From an uncultured Clostridia bacterium (GTDB lineage Bacteria; Bacillota; Clostridia; TANB77; CAG-508), in assembly GCA_944392425.1 (NCBI GenBank), contig CALXWM010000001.1, forward strand, positions 23,589 to 87,588: 64,000 bases of DNA. The letters are read 5' to 3'. Each line of letters starts with the position of its first letter. Position 1 is the first letter of the stretch. The notes under the pieces were generated by a model that did not search any database, was not told the origin of the DNA, and worked only from the letters and a program-made list of their open reading frames with translations. Below, one piece after another: positions 20,354 through 29,837 of the stretch. The position numbers and the translations under genes were made by a program.

Positions 20354-20372
20354 GAAATAGGAGAGAAAAGAA

Positions 20373-20858
20373 TTAATCATAAATAAAAGCAGCAACTTGG
20401 TAGGGTGTTGTGATTCCAGAGGAAAAATAGAAAGTATAGTTCCCTGCCGGAGCATAAGTTAATTCACGAGAATAGGTGGAACTACCGGTTCCAACCATAC
20501 TTCCCAAACTTATTGTTTGACCGTTGGGAGTAAGAACAGAGCATGTAACCACGCTATTCTGATCAGTGTATCCAATTTGGGCAACAATGTCGGCCCAAAA
20601 GTTGCCACTCGGAAGGGTTACTGTCAGAGTACCACTGCCACCATAAATGGTTGTAGCACCACCTGCAATCACATCGCCCAAGCTGGCCCGGGTGCTGACA
20701 TCTTCCGAAGCAGAAACAGAATCGACTTCTTCAGAGACCGAAGTCAGATTGATCGTTTCAGACTTGGCAGGCTCAGCGGCAAAAGCCGAAGTGGTAAAGC
20801 CGATAGCCAGAGCCAAAGTCATCAGAAGAGCAACAAACCGTTTCTTCATAGCATTCAT
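20373..20858 (-). CDS. Secreted Gly/Ser/Thr-rich small protein of unknown function, encoded by a compositionally foreign (GC-rich) gene
   Basis: Sec signal peptide (MKKRFVALLMTLALAIGFTTSAFA). The gene is roughly 45-50% GC against roughly 28-30% in neighbouring genes. GCC/CCG/GGC codons are absent elsewhere in the window. Confidence 0.65.
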   Translation of the reverse strand: MNAMKKRFVALLMTLALAIGFTTSAFAAEPAKSETINLTSVSEEVDSVSASEDVSTRASLGDVIAGGATTIYGGSGTLTVTLPSGNFWADIVAQIGYTDQNSVVTCSVLTPNGQTISLGSMVGTGSSTYSRELTYAPAGNYTFYFSSGITTPYQVAAFIYD

Positions 20859-21090
20859 CCTTTCTAATTTGTAATGAGTTGATAGTCGGACATTTCTACT
20901 CTCTCCTATTTTTTATATTACCATACACTCTGGAAAGATTCAGAATGTAATAGTAATCAAATTATGCTAAATGCATACATCAAGATATTTACCACCTACG
21001 AGACCAAACTTCTGTATAAAAAGATGAATTGTGAATTACTGGGAAACTTTTGGAATTGACCAAAGGTCCATAATAATTAGGCACATATAA

Positions 21091-21453
21091 ATGCGAGTCG
21101 AAGATAGAAAAATTATTGATGCAATTATGGTGGAACTAAATCACTTCAAATTTAGTCGTTCATCAATATCGTACCAATATTTAATCGACGCTATCCACAT
21201 AGTTGTGAAGAGCCCAATTTCTATCAAGAATTTTAATAAAAGTATTTATGGGCCAATTGCAAAAAAATATGAGACAAAACCTGAAAATGTACAATGGTCA
21301 TTAAGTAAATTAATTGATTTAATGTATTCAAATACTCCATCAGATGTAATTTATGATTATTTCAGATTTTTTATGGATGAAAAACCTACGCTCAAATTTT
21401 TTATTATAACGGTAGCGAGAAATGTATATGATAACCAAGTTGGTTACGGTTAA
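21091..21453 (+). CDS. Orphan Spo0A C-terminal (Spo0A_C) DNA-binding domain protein lacking a receiver domain
   Basis: Aligns to the Spo0A effector domain: SYQYLIDAIHIVV matches GYQYLREAI, IYGPIAKKYETKPENVQWSLSKLIDLMY matches [28 protein letters not shown], and KPTLKFFIITVARNV matches KPTNSEFIAMVADKL. Confidence 0.6.
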   Translation: MRVEDRKIIDAIMVELNHFKFSRSSISYQYLIDAIHIVVKSPISIKNFNKSIYGPIAKKYETKPENVQWSLSKLIDLMYSNTPSDVIYDYFRFFMDEKPTLKFFIITVARNVYDNQVGYG

Positions 21454-21509
21454 TTATTATATACGTGCTTTGTATAACAAAATATTTAAAAGAAAGAAGG
21501 ATTAGAACT

Positions 21510-21776
21510 ATGGACAAAAAGTTATTTGCAACATTAAGTGTTGCAAAAGGGGATACTACAGACGAGATTAAAATCTACAAAATTAAAGGAGAAAAATTCG
21601 GCATTCAAATCGAATCAACTGTTGATTCTAAAACTATGGTTAATACTGCCGAAAATATAACAAGTAGTGAGGAGAAAATAAATAAGCTTCTTGATACTCT
21701 TGTTATGAACTCAGAAAATTTTACATTATTAGAAGATTTTGCGTATGATTTCGCAGACATTGCTCTATCTGTTTAA
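21510..21776 (+). CDS. Hypothetical small protein (88 aa)
   Basis: ORF starting MDKKLFATLSVAKGD. Followed by a perfect 10-bp palindrome hairpin AAGCATATTA/TAATATGCTT (terminator). Confidence 0.4.
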   Translation: MDKKLFATLSVAKGDTTDEIKIYKIKGEKFGIQIESTVDSKTMVNTAENITSSEEKINKLLDTLVMNSENFTLLEDFAYDFADIALSV

Positions 21777-22151
21777 ATGAATAAGCATATTATTTAATAT
21801 GCTTTGTTATTAGGCAAGTAGGGCATTTTTTAGAATTTTATTGTAAAGTATTTTTTGTAATTGAGCGTAGCAGAGGGTATAAATACTTTACAATTAGTTG
21901 GGAATTTATTTGGAACGCTTCGTGTAAATTTATTCAAAATACGGAGGACGATAAGCTTGAACCTTAGAGTAAATAAGCTTTATAGAAGTTTATGTGCATA
22001 AACTGCATAATTACGCACATAAATCTTTGTTAATTTTATAAGTTGCGTAAACTTGCAACAATATTAAATATATGTTATTATAAATTATGTCTTTTATAGG
22101 TTTAATAAAACGCCTTAAGATAATATATTTTCTTTAGAAAGGGTTTGCATA

Positions 22152-22616
22152 GTGAATAAAGAAGATTATATGAAGTTAGCATTAGAAGAGGCAAAAAAGG
22201 CATATGATGAATTAGAGATTCCAGTAGGTGCCATCATTGTTAAAGATGGTAAGGTAATAGCCAAAGCATATAATGAGAAAGAGAAAAAACAAGATAGTAC
22301 AAAGCATGCAGAAATATTGGCAATCCAAAAAGCTACTAAAAAGTTAAAATCATGGAGATTATATGATTGTGATATGTATGTAACTTTAGAGCCATGTAGT
22401 ATGTGTGCTGGAGCACTAATCCAGTCAAGAATTCGTAAAGTATATATTGGAACTATGGACGAGAAGACTGGTGCCTGTGGATCTGTTTTAAACCTATTAG
22501 AAGATTATAAATTTAATCATAAAGTTGATGTAGAATATGGTATTTGCCAGGTAGAATGTGAGAAAATCTTAAAAGATTTTTTTAAATATCTTCGAAAGCT
22601 TAAAGGTAATAAATAG
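22152..22616 (+). CDS. tadA: tRNA-specific adenosine deaminase
   Basis: CDA zinc motifs HAEILAI and PCSMCAGAL. GTG start. Synteny tadA-scr-dnaX as in Bacillus. Confidence 0.85.
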   Translation: MNKEDYMKLALEEAKKAYDELEIPVGAIIVKDGKVIAKAYNEKEKKQDSTKHAEILAIQKATKKLKSWRLYDCDMYVTLEPCSMCAGALIQSRIRKVYIGTMDEKTGACGSVLNLLEDYKFNHKVDVEYGICQVECEKILKDFFKYLRKLKGNK

Positions 22617-22666
22617 TCTACATTCATATGATTTATATAATAACATGTTTTTTTATGCCATAATCT

Positions 22667-22758
22667 GAAGAGATACCGAAGTGGTCATAACGGAACTGCC
22701 TCGAAAGCAGGTGGTCACATTTAGTGGCTCGTGGGTTCGAATCCCACTCTCTTCGCCA
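22667..22758 (+). tRNA. tRNA-Ser (anticodon CGA), long variable arm
   Basis: Acceptor GAAGAGA/TCTCTTC, 3-bp D stem, anticodon loop CTCGAAA, long extra arm, T-arm GTGGGTTCGAATCCCAC. Genomic CCA follows. Confidence 0.8.
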
Positions 22759-22850
22759 CTTATAAAGGATGTTTGAATTTTACAGCTTTTTATGTATAAT
22801 ATTTGTGATATAATGTTAATTAGCATATAAAAAGCGAAAGGATGAAAATA

Positions 22851-23597
22851 ATGGAAAAAGATAAAAAAGAAAAGCTGAAACTGGCTATAACACTTGCAAT
22901 AATAGTTATTGCATTTGGAGTAGCAATAACTATTATGCTAAAGTATAGTCAAGAAGGCGAAAACAACATGCCTTTTAATTTATCTGAAATAATTGTTGTA
23001 AGTAGTGCAGAAGGTGTTACTAAATCTGAAAATCCTGAGAATTATAAATGGAATTTGGATATAATGCAATATAATGATATTTATTTAAATATTTCTAAAA
23101 ATGAAAATTATGATAAGAATGCATATATAGAAAGTGTTAGCATAGAAAATTTTTCATTTACAACTCCAAAAGTGGGAAATACTAGAGTATATATGCCAAA
23201 TAGTACAGAGGGTGCTTTGTTTACCTTTGATGATGAATATTTAATAAATAGAACTCTTAAATATAGTGGAGGAAAGAGTAATAATACTAGAACCTTAGAA
23301 ATATCTAGTCAAGGGGGAAATGTACTTTTTAGAGCTGCTAATACACAAGTTGGTGAATATGTTTCTAATGATGATGCTGAAATTGCACATAATGGAACTT
23401 TAATAACTAAAACAGGTGTGTCTATAGAAGATTTAAAATACAGTATTTCTTTTGATGTGGTTATAGACACAAATATTGCAACTTATAGGGGAAATGTAAA
23501 CTTAGATTTACCTGTCGGAGATATCTTAACAGAAGGCACGTCACAACTTGATGAAAAAGACTGCTCAAATATTGTATTTAAAAGAGAAACAATGTGA
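22851..23597 (+). CDS. Hypothetical membrane-anchored protein
   Basis: N-terminal TM (LAITLAIIVIAFGVAITIML) then an extracytoplasmic domain. RBS AAAGGA is correctly spaced for the ATG at 22851. Confidence 0.5.
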   Translation: MEKDKKEKLKLAITLAIIVIAFGVAITIMLKYSQEGENNMPFNLSEIIVVSSAEGVTKSENPENYKWNLDIMQYNDIYLNISKNENYDKNAYIESVSIENFSFTTPKVGNTRVYMPNSTEGALFTFDDEYLINRTLKYSGGKSNNTRTLEISSQGGNVLFRAANTQVGEYVSNDDAEIAHNGTLITKTGVSIEDLKYSISFDVVIDTNIATYRGNVNLDLPVGDILTEGTSQLDEKDCSNIVFKRETM

Positions 23598-23616
23598 AAA
23601 ATTTCACTCAATATAC

Positions 23617-23645
23617 TTGATATTATCTTTAAAATAATATATAAT
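23617..23645 (+). promoter_or_regulatory. Sigma-A promoter of the SRP RNA
   Basis: TTGATA (23617-23622), 17 bp, TATAAT (23640-23645). Confidence 0.6.
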
Positions 23646-23650
23646 GCGTA

Positions 23651-23790
23651 AGGGTATGAGAATGTTTCTTTATAGAGGATATTCTCAATAAAAGGCTATG
23701 AATCTTGTCAGGACCGGAAGGTAGCAGCAATAAGTAGATTCTTTTATGTGGGGATATCCTCTATGGAGAAAGGTTTTTGTACCTTTATTT
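23651..23790 (+). ncRNA. ffs: Signal recognition particle RNA (scr/ffs)
   Basis: Conserved domain-IV motif GTCAGGACCGGAAGGTAGCAGC at 23708-23729. Flanking helix TATAGAGGATAT/ATATCCTCTATGG. Terminal hairpin AAAGGT-TTTTGT-ACCTTT followed by a T-run. Conserved position upstream of dnaX. The ends are approximate. Confidence 0.75.
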
Positions 23791-23876
23791 AAAATTAAGA
23801 TGCTTTATGTGGGCAAGCAGCTTTGTTTACATTAGGTAGATTTAAAGCCTTTTAGCTTAGGCGGAAAGGACAAAAA

Positions 23877-25541
23877 ATGGAGTATACAGCTTTATATAGA
23901 AGATTTAGACCTACAACTTTTAAAGATATTGTTGGCCAAGAACATATAACTACTACTTTAAGAAATCAAGTAATAGCAGATAGAGTTGGACACGCATATT
24001 TGTTTACTGGTTGTAGAGGCTGTGGTAAAACATCTTCAGCAAAGGTTTTGGCAAGAGCGGTAAATTGCTTAAACCCTCAAAATGGAGAGCCTTGTAATGA
24101 ATGTAGCATTTGCAAGTCGGCATTGGATGGGTCTCTTACAGATATTGTTGAAATGGACGCGGCTTCTAACAATAGTGTTGACGATATTAGAGCTATTCGC
24201 GATGAAGTTAATTTTTTACCAACTGTTGCTAAATATAGAGTATATATTATTGATGAGGTTCATATGCTTTCACCAGGAGCTTTTAATGCATTGTTAAAAA
24301 CATTAGAAGAACCACCAAAACATGTTAAGTTTATACTTGCAACAACAGAACCACAAAAACTACCTGCTACTATACTTTCAAGATGTCAAAGGTTTGACTT
24401 TAAAAAGATTTCTGAACCAGATATTACGCAGAATTTAGAAAAAATTTGTAAAGAATGTAATATACAATATTCTGTAGATGCATTAAACCTTATAGCAGAA
24501 CTTTCAGAAGGAGCCATGAGAGATGCTTTATCTATTCTTGAAAGATGTTCTCAAGGAGAAGATAATAATATCACAGAACAAAAGGTTAAAGAGTTGGTAG
24601 GAATACCAAAACTTGAGTATATTTCAGGAATTACTAAGGCTATTTTAGAATATGATGTAAATAGTAGCTTAGAAATATCTAATAAAATTATTCTTGAAGG
24701 CAAAGATCTAATAAACTTTTTGTGGGAAATTATAAAATACATTAGAGACATTATGATTTTAAAGACAACGGGAAATGGTTCTAATATTTATTCAGAAGAT
24801 GATAAAAATCTAATGCAAGATTTAACTAAAAATGTTAGTAAAGACAGACTACTTCAAATTATATACACATTATCTAACTTGGAAAATGAAATAAAATGGT
24901 CATCACAGAAAAATATAATATTCCAAGTAGGTATAATGAGGCTTTGTAGTAAAGAAAACAGGTCACTTTCTGAAAGAGTTGACGCCTTAGAGGAAAAAAT
25001 AGCTACAGGAAATTTTAATATAAATGGAAGCGAAACTTCTGCAAAAATGGGAAATGGATCAACGCAAAATAGAGATGCAGTATCCACAAGTTCTGCACAA
25101 AATGTGAATAACTTGGCTCAAAATTCAGGCAAAATTGCAAATAATTTTTCATCAAATAGTAATTCAAATGCGGATGCAAATTTGCAAAGTAGAGCAGATG
25201 CAAAAGGAAAGGGTACATCAGGTGGTAATACAAATTTTTGGCCAAATGTAATAAATAGGTTAAAAGAAGAAAGAAAAGCAATGCTATTTTCTAATTTAAA
25301 TAATACAAATGCAGTAATGTTAGATGACATGACAGTTGGAATACAATTTACAAATGGATTAAATAGCTTTGGTAGAGCCGTTATAGAAAGGCCGGAAAAC
25401 ATGAACGAGCTTAAAAGATTGGTATCAATGGAATGCGGAAAAGACATGAGAATAAAAATTTTAGATAAACAAGAAAACAAAAAAGAAGAAAATACGGCAA
25501 ATAAAATTGATTTAGGAATAAATATTAATTATATTGATTAA
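23877..25541 (+). CDS. dnaX: DNA polymerase III subunit gamma/tau
   Basis: AAA+ Walker A GCRGCGKTS, box VII, and zinc module CNECSIC. Confidence 0.9.
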   Translation: MEYTALYRRFRPTTFKDIVGQEHITTTLRNQVIADRVGHAYLFTGCRGCGKTSSAKVLARAVNCLNPQNGEPCNECSICKSALDGSLTDIVEMDAASNNSVDDIRAIRDEVNFLPTVAKYRVYIIDEVHMLSPGAFNALLKTLEEPPKHVKFILATTEPQKLPATILSRCQRFDFKKISEPDITQNLEKICKECNIQYSVDALNLIAELSEGAMRDALSILERCSQGEDNNITEQKVKELVGIPKLEYISGITKAILEYDVNSSLEISNKIILEGKDLINFLWEIIKYIRDIMILKTTGNGSNIYSEDDKNLMQDLTKNVSKDRLLQIIYTLSNLENEIKWSSQKNIIFQVGIMRLCSKENRSLSERVDALEEKIATGNFNINGSETSAKMGNGSTQNRDAVSTSSAQNVNNLAQNSGKIANNFSSNSNSNADANLQSRADAKGKGTSGGNTNFWPNVINRLKEERKAMLFSNLNNTNAVMLDDMTVGIQFTNGLNSFGRAVIERPENMNELKRLVSMECGKDMRIKILDKQENKKEENTANKIDLGININYID

Positions 25542-25561
25542 ATTTAAAGGAGGATTTAGAT

Positions 25562-25894
25562 ATGGCAAGAGGAGGATTTCCAGGTGGATTTGGTGGTATA
25601 AACATGAACCAAATTATGAAACAAGCGAAAAAAATGCAAGAGGAAATGGAAAAATCACAAGAAAATTTAGCAAGTCAAACATTTGAGAGTACAACAGGTG
25701 GAGGAGCTGTTTATGCTAAAGTAAATGGTAGTAAAGAACTAATGGAGATAAAAATCCAGAAAGATGTTGTTGACCCAGATGATGTTGAAATGCTACAAGA
25801 TTTAATTTTAACCTGTGTTAATGATGCTCTTAAAAAAGTGGATGATGCTCAAGCTAAAGAACTTGGCAAATATAACATTCCGGGACTAAAATAG
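25562..25894 (+). CDS. ebfC: Nucleoid-associated protein YbaB/EbfC
   Basis: 110-aa YbaB family with [17 protein letters not shown]. Conserved dnaX-ybaB-recR order. Confidence 0.85.
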   Translation: MARGGFPGGFGGINMNQIMKQAKKMQEEMEKSQENLASQTFESTTGGGAVYAKVNGSKELMEIKIQKDVVDPDDVEMLQDLILTCVNDALKKVDDAQAKELGKYNIPGLK

Positions 25895-25895
25895 T

Positions 25896-26498
25896 ATGTC
25901 ATCATATTATTCACCATCAATAGAAAAACTAATAGAAGCATTTCAAAAACTACCAAGTATAGGAGAAAAATCAGCTGTAAGACTTGCATTTTATATTTTA
26001 AATTCTAGTGAAGAAGAAACGAATAAATTTATACAAAGCATACAAGACGCAAAGAAAAATTTGAAGTTTTGTTCAAAATGCTTTAATATATCTGATACTG
26101 ACCCATGTCCAATATGCTCAGACCCAAAACGTGACCAAAGTAAAATTTGTGTTGTTGAAGATGTTAAAGATGTGGTAGCAATGGAAAAAACTCATGAATT
26201 TAAAGGGCTTTACCATGTACTTCATGGGTCTATTTCGCCAATGGATGGAATAGGGCCGGATGATATTAAAATTAAAGAATTGCTAGCTAGGCTTATGGAT
26301 GGAACAGTAAAAGAAGTAATTTTAGCAACAAACCCAAGAGTTGAAGGAGAAGCAACTTCGATGTATATTGCAAAACTTATTAAGCCAATGGGAATAAAAG
26401 TTACAAGAATAGCTCACGGTATTCCAGTTGGAGGAGATATTGAGTATACAGATGAATTTACTTTAGGAAGAGCTCTTGAAGGAAGAGTGGATTTATAA
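25896..26498 (+). CDS. recR: Recombination protein RecR
   Basis: HhH motif, C4 zinc finger [16 protein letters not shown], Toprim domain. Confidence 0.9.
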   Translation: MSSYYSPSIEKLIEAFQKLPSIGEKSAVRLAFYILNSSEEETNKFIQSIQDAKKNLKFCSKCFNISDTDPCPICSDPKRDQSKICVVEDVKDVVAMEKTHEFKGLYHVLHGSISPMDGIGPDDIKIKELLARLMDGTVKEVILATNPRVEGEATSMYIAKLIKPMGIKVTRIAHGIPVGGDIEYTDEFTLGRALEGRVDL

Positions 26499-26509
26499 AA
26501 TTAAAATAG

Positions 26510-26612
26510 CTACAGTTCAGTAATTGTTATTTAACTAAAAAAGTTTCAATATACATTCCAGAACATATATTGAAACTTTTATATTAGATTATATATCTTT
26601 ACTGAACTGTAT
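26510..26612. repeat. Nested palindromic element P1c (empty form of the P1 hairpin) between convergent recR and the glycosyltransferase gene
   Basis: Inner palindrome AAAAGTTTCAATATACATTCC/AGAACATATATTGAAACTTTT at 26538-26580 matches the inner arms of P1a (4168-4188 / 4281-4299) but without the ~95-bp core. Outer inverted repeat CTACAGTTCAGTAA / TTACTGAACTGTAT. Confidence 0.55.
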
Positions 26613-26617
26613 TTATT

Positions 26618-27742
26618 TTAAGTTTTGTCATTCATTATAATTCTACAAATATCCCTTGTAGAATTCTTTTTTGCCATTAATTTAGAGCGTATTTTCATAT
26701 GCTTTATTTGCTCAGGATTTTCTAAAAGTTCTTTAATTGCTTCGTTTGGATTTTCAGTTTTCCTTATCCAAACGGCAACACCTTTTTTCTCTAAAAATTC
26801 TGCATTTTCTATTTCTTGACCAGGTATTGGGTTAATAACCACAATAGGTAGTCCAGAAGCTAAAGACTCTGTTATTGTTAAGCCACCTGGCTTAGTAACA
26901 ACTAAATCAGAAATGCTCATTAATTCAGGAACTTCATTTGTATAGCCATAAACTTGAACATTTGGATTTTCTCCAACTAGTTCTTCAAATCTAATCTGCA
27001 TTTTTTCATTTTTACCAGAAATAGCAATTATTTGATATTCATCGTGAATATTATCTATAAAGGCTTTTAATATTTTTAGTGTTTTTTCTTTGCCTAAACC
27101 AAATTCACCACCACCAAAAAATAAAATAGTTTTTTTGTTATAATCTAAATCAAAAGAAGCTTTAATTTCTTTTCTATTAAAATGCTCTAAGAACCTGTTT
27201 GAAAGAGGAATACCAGTTGCATGTATTTTGCTAGCAGGTATACCTTTTGCAATTATATCTTTTTTCATACCTTCATGAGAAACAAAAATATGGTCTATAT
27301 ATTTACTACCAACTAGCCATTGGTCATGTGACGCAAAATCTGTCATAACACTAGCTAAAACACAATTTGTTTTACCTTTTTCTTTTAAATAAGCAGTCAT
27401 TTGACTTGCAAAAGGATGGGTGGAAATAACAATGTCTGGTTTAAATTCCTCAAACAATTTGTTTAATTTAATAGACATGAATTTATTAGCACCACTACTT
27501 ATATGTGACATTGCACCTTTTTGAGAATGATCATAAATTTCTCCCCAAGCCCAAGGTGCTTTTTTTGCCATTTCTTTATATGCAAAAGTTGTAAGTGTAT
27601 TTAATCCTTTATTTATATATTCTACACAATCAATCATTTTTGTTTTAACATTTGGATAATTTTCATCTAAATATTGTTTTATAGATTTGGCAGCAGATAA
27701 ATGACCACCACCATAAGATGCATAAAAAATTAAAATCTTCAT
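26618..27742 (-). CDS. Diacylglycerol glycosyltransferase (MGDG-synthase / UgtP-like, GT28 family)
   Basis: N-terminal MGDG_synth region (ILIFYASYGGGH) and a C-terminal GT28 domain (GGLTITESLASGLPIV). Confidence 0.7.
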   Translation of the reverse strand: MKILIFYASYGGGHLSAAKSIKQYLDENYPNVKTKMIDCVEYINKGLNTLTTFAYKEMAKKAPWAWGEIYDHSQKGAMSHISSGANKFMSIKLNKLFEEFKPDIVISTHPFASQMTAYLKEKGKTNCVLASVMTDFASHDQWLVGSKYIDHIFVSHEGMKKDIIAKGIPASKIHATGIPLSNRFLEHFNRKEIKASFDLDYNKKTILFFGGGEFGLGKEKTLKILKAFIDNIHDEYQIIAISGKNEKMQIRFEELVGENPNVQVYGYTNEVPELMSISDLVVTKPGGLTITESLASGLPIVVINPIPGQEIENAEFLEKKGVAVWIRKTENPNEAIKELLENPEQIKHMKIRSKLMAKKNSTRDICRIIMNDKT

Positions 27743-27957
27743 TATGTTTGAACCTTTCAATAAAATCTTTATGACAGTTCAGTAAAGTAAATTCTACAAA
27801 AACAAAACTGTAATGAATTTCAATAAGATTTGTGAATTATTTACTGATAAAATCTTTATACCACAATATATGAAATAAATCAATTGAATATTTTATAAAA
27901 TTTTGGAAAAAATACAATAAAAAGTTACAATTCATAGTCACATTTTTTTAATACAGG

Positions 27958-28103
27958 TTGCATTATATATTTTTCCGCTTTTGCTTCGAGGTTTCACTAT
28001 TCGTGAAAACTCTCGCATGCTCACTTCGGCAGGCATACTTCACTAAAATTAAAAAAGTTTTCTATGCCTCAGGTCGCTAAAAGCTCCAAATATATATTGC
28101 AAT
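27958..28103. repeat. Palindromic element P1b (filled form) in the divergent region upstream of ypeB
   Basis: Core TTTGCTTCGAGGTTTCACTATTCGTGAAAACTCTCGC, same as P1a with CGC/GCG changed to CAC/GTG on both hairpin arms (compensatory). Terminal inverted repeat TTGCATTATATAT / ATATATATTGCAA. Confidence 0.6.
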
Positions 28104-28154
28104 TTTATAATAAATTTAAATTGCTATGAATTTTAACAATATGTGAGGTATTGT

Positions 28155-29543
28155 ATGAGTAAAATTAAAGATAAAATTTATGATTTTAAAGATAGGTTAA
28201 GAGATAGGAAGATGCTTACTTTGGTTGTTACTTTAGTTGCAATCATAGTTGTGCTTGGAGTTGTTATTTTTAAAAAGCAATTAGAGTATAGGGGATTAGC
28301 AGAAAACAGTTACAATAACGCATTTTATCAATTGGTTGAATATGTTAATCAAACAGAAGTATTGCTAGCAAAATCAACGATTACAAATAGCAGTAAACAT
28401 GGTGCAGAAACCTTAACAAATATTTGGAGAAATTCTGGTTTAGCAGAAACTTATTTAGCAAGACTTCCAATAGGAACACAGGAACTTGAGCAAGCACAAA
28501 AATTTTTGAATCAAGTTTCAGATTATAGTTATACATTGGCAAATAAAACAATTGGAGGAGAAGACTTAAGCCAAGAAGATTTAGATAATTTAACAAGTTT
28601 GCATCAATACTGTGGATCACTAAAGGACACTTTAAATCAACTAGAAATTGATTTGTATTCCGGTAACATTAAATGGGGAGAACTAGAAAAAGCCGGAGGA
28701 GAAGCTTTAACTCAAGAAGCAAGTAATTTATCTCAAAGTAGCTTTGGAAGTATGGTAGAAAATTTACATGAATATGCTGGTTTAATTTATGATGGAGCTT
28801 TTTCAAACCATATGACAAATCCTGAAAGAGTTGGACTTACAGGAGATGAAATAGATGAAACAAAAGCAATGGAAATAGCAAAAGATTTTATAGGAAATAA
28901 TAGAATTACAGAAATGACTTCTAATGGTCAAAGTCAAAATGGAAATATTGAATGTTATAGTTTTACGGCAAAAGTAGGAGAAAAAGAAATATTTACAATA
29001 GCCATTTCTAAAAAAGGTGGACATGTAGTATTTATGAATTCAAACAGAGATATAGCAAATGAATCTATTTCACCAGAAGATACTGTTGCAAAAGGCAAAG
29101 AATTCCTTGAAAGCAAAGAATTTAAAAATATGAAATCAACATATTACATGAACAATGGTGGCGTATTAACTGTGAACTATGCGTATGAACAAGATGGAAT
29201 TACTATGTATCCAGATTTAGTTAAAGTAAAAATAGCATTAGATAATTGTGAGGTATTAGGAATTGAGTCTACAGGATATTTAAATTGCCATAGAGATACT
29301 AGAGAAGTATCAGAAACAAAAATTACTTTAGAAGAGGCTAGAAGTAAAGTTAACCAAAACTTGAATGTTAGTTCATCAGGATTAGCAGTTATACCAACAG
29401 AGTGGGGCACAGAGGTACTTTGCTATGAATTTAAAGGAAATACTGCGGACAATGATTTTATAGTGTATATAAATGCTGAAACAGGTGAAGAAGAAGATAT
29501 TTTGATGATAATAAATACACCAGAGGGAACATTGACGGAGTAA
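28155..29543 (+). CDS. ypeB: Germination protein YpeB (PepSY-domain protein)
   Basis: N-terminal TM, YpeB-like N-region (YNNAFYQLVEYVNQ), C-terminal PepSY repeats. RBS GAGGT before the ATG at 28155. Confidence 0.75.
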   Translation: MSKIKDKIYDFKDRLRDRKMLTLVVTLVAIIVVLGVVIFKKQLEYRGLAENSYNNAFYQLVEYVNQTEVLLAKSTITNSSKHGAETLTNIWRNSGLAETYLARLPIGTQELEQAQKFLNQVSDYSYTLANKTIGGEDLSQEDLDNLTSLHQYCGSLKDTLNQLEIDLYSGNIKWGELEKAGGEALTQEASNLSQSSFGSMVENLHEYAGLIYDGAFSNHMTNPERVGLTGDEIDETKAMEIAKDFIGNNRITEMTSNGQSQNGNIECYSFTAKVGEKEIFTIAISKKGGHVVFMNSNRDIANESISPEDTVAKGKEFLESKEFKNMKSTYYMNNGGVLTVNYAYEQDGITMYPDLVKVKIALDNCEVLGIESTGYLNCHRDTREVSETKITLEEARSKVNQNLNVSSSGLAVIPTEWGTEVLCYEFKGNTADNDFIVYINAETGEEEDILMIINTPEGTLTE

Positions 29544-29574
29544 TGTGTCAGTAGGGACGCTCCTGTTTGACACA
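29544..29574. repeat. GGGACG-loop hairpin H1
   Basis: TGTGTCA-GTAGGGACGCTCCTGTT-TGACACA. 24/28 identical to 50471-50497. Confidence 0.6.
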
Positions 29575-29678
29575 GTTTATTAGTGAAAAATTCCTACTTG
29601 TAAATTTCATCTTATTGTCATATAATTAACGCAAATTTAATAATAATTTATTAAGTTGGTAAAATTATTTTAAGGATG

Positions 29679-29804
29679 TAAAGTTTAAAAATAATTGCGT
29701 TTTGGCGTCGTTGAACTACGCTACGAAAATCCTCAATGTGCCTAAAAGCACACCTCCGGTTTTCTTGCTTGTTCGCCTAGCCAAAAGCACAATTCTTTTT
29801 AAAC
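29679..29804. repeat. Palindromic element P2b between ypeB and murF
   Basis: Copy of 14781-14905 with paired substitutions: GGTTG/CAACC becomes GTTTA/TAAAC, and GAAGG/CCTTC becomes GAAAA/TTTTC. Confidence 0.6.
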
Positions 29805-29837
29805 TAGATATAGACCTTAAAAAGAAATGAGACAAAA

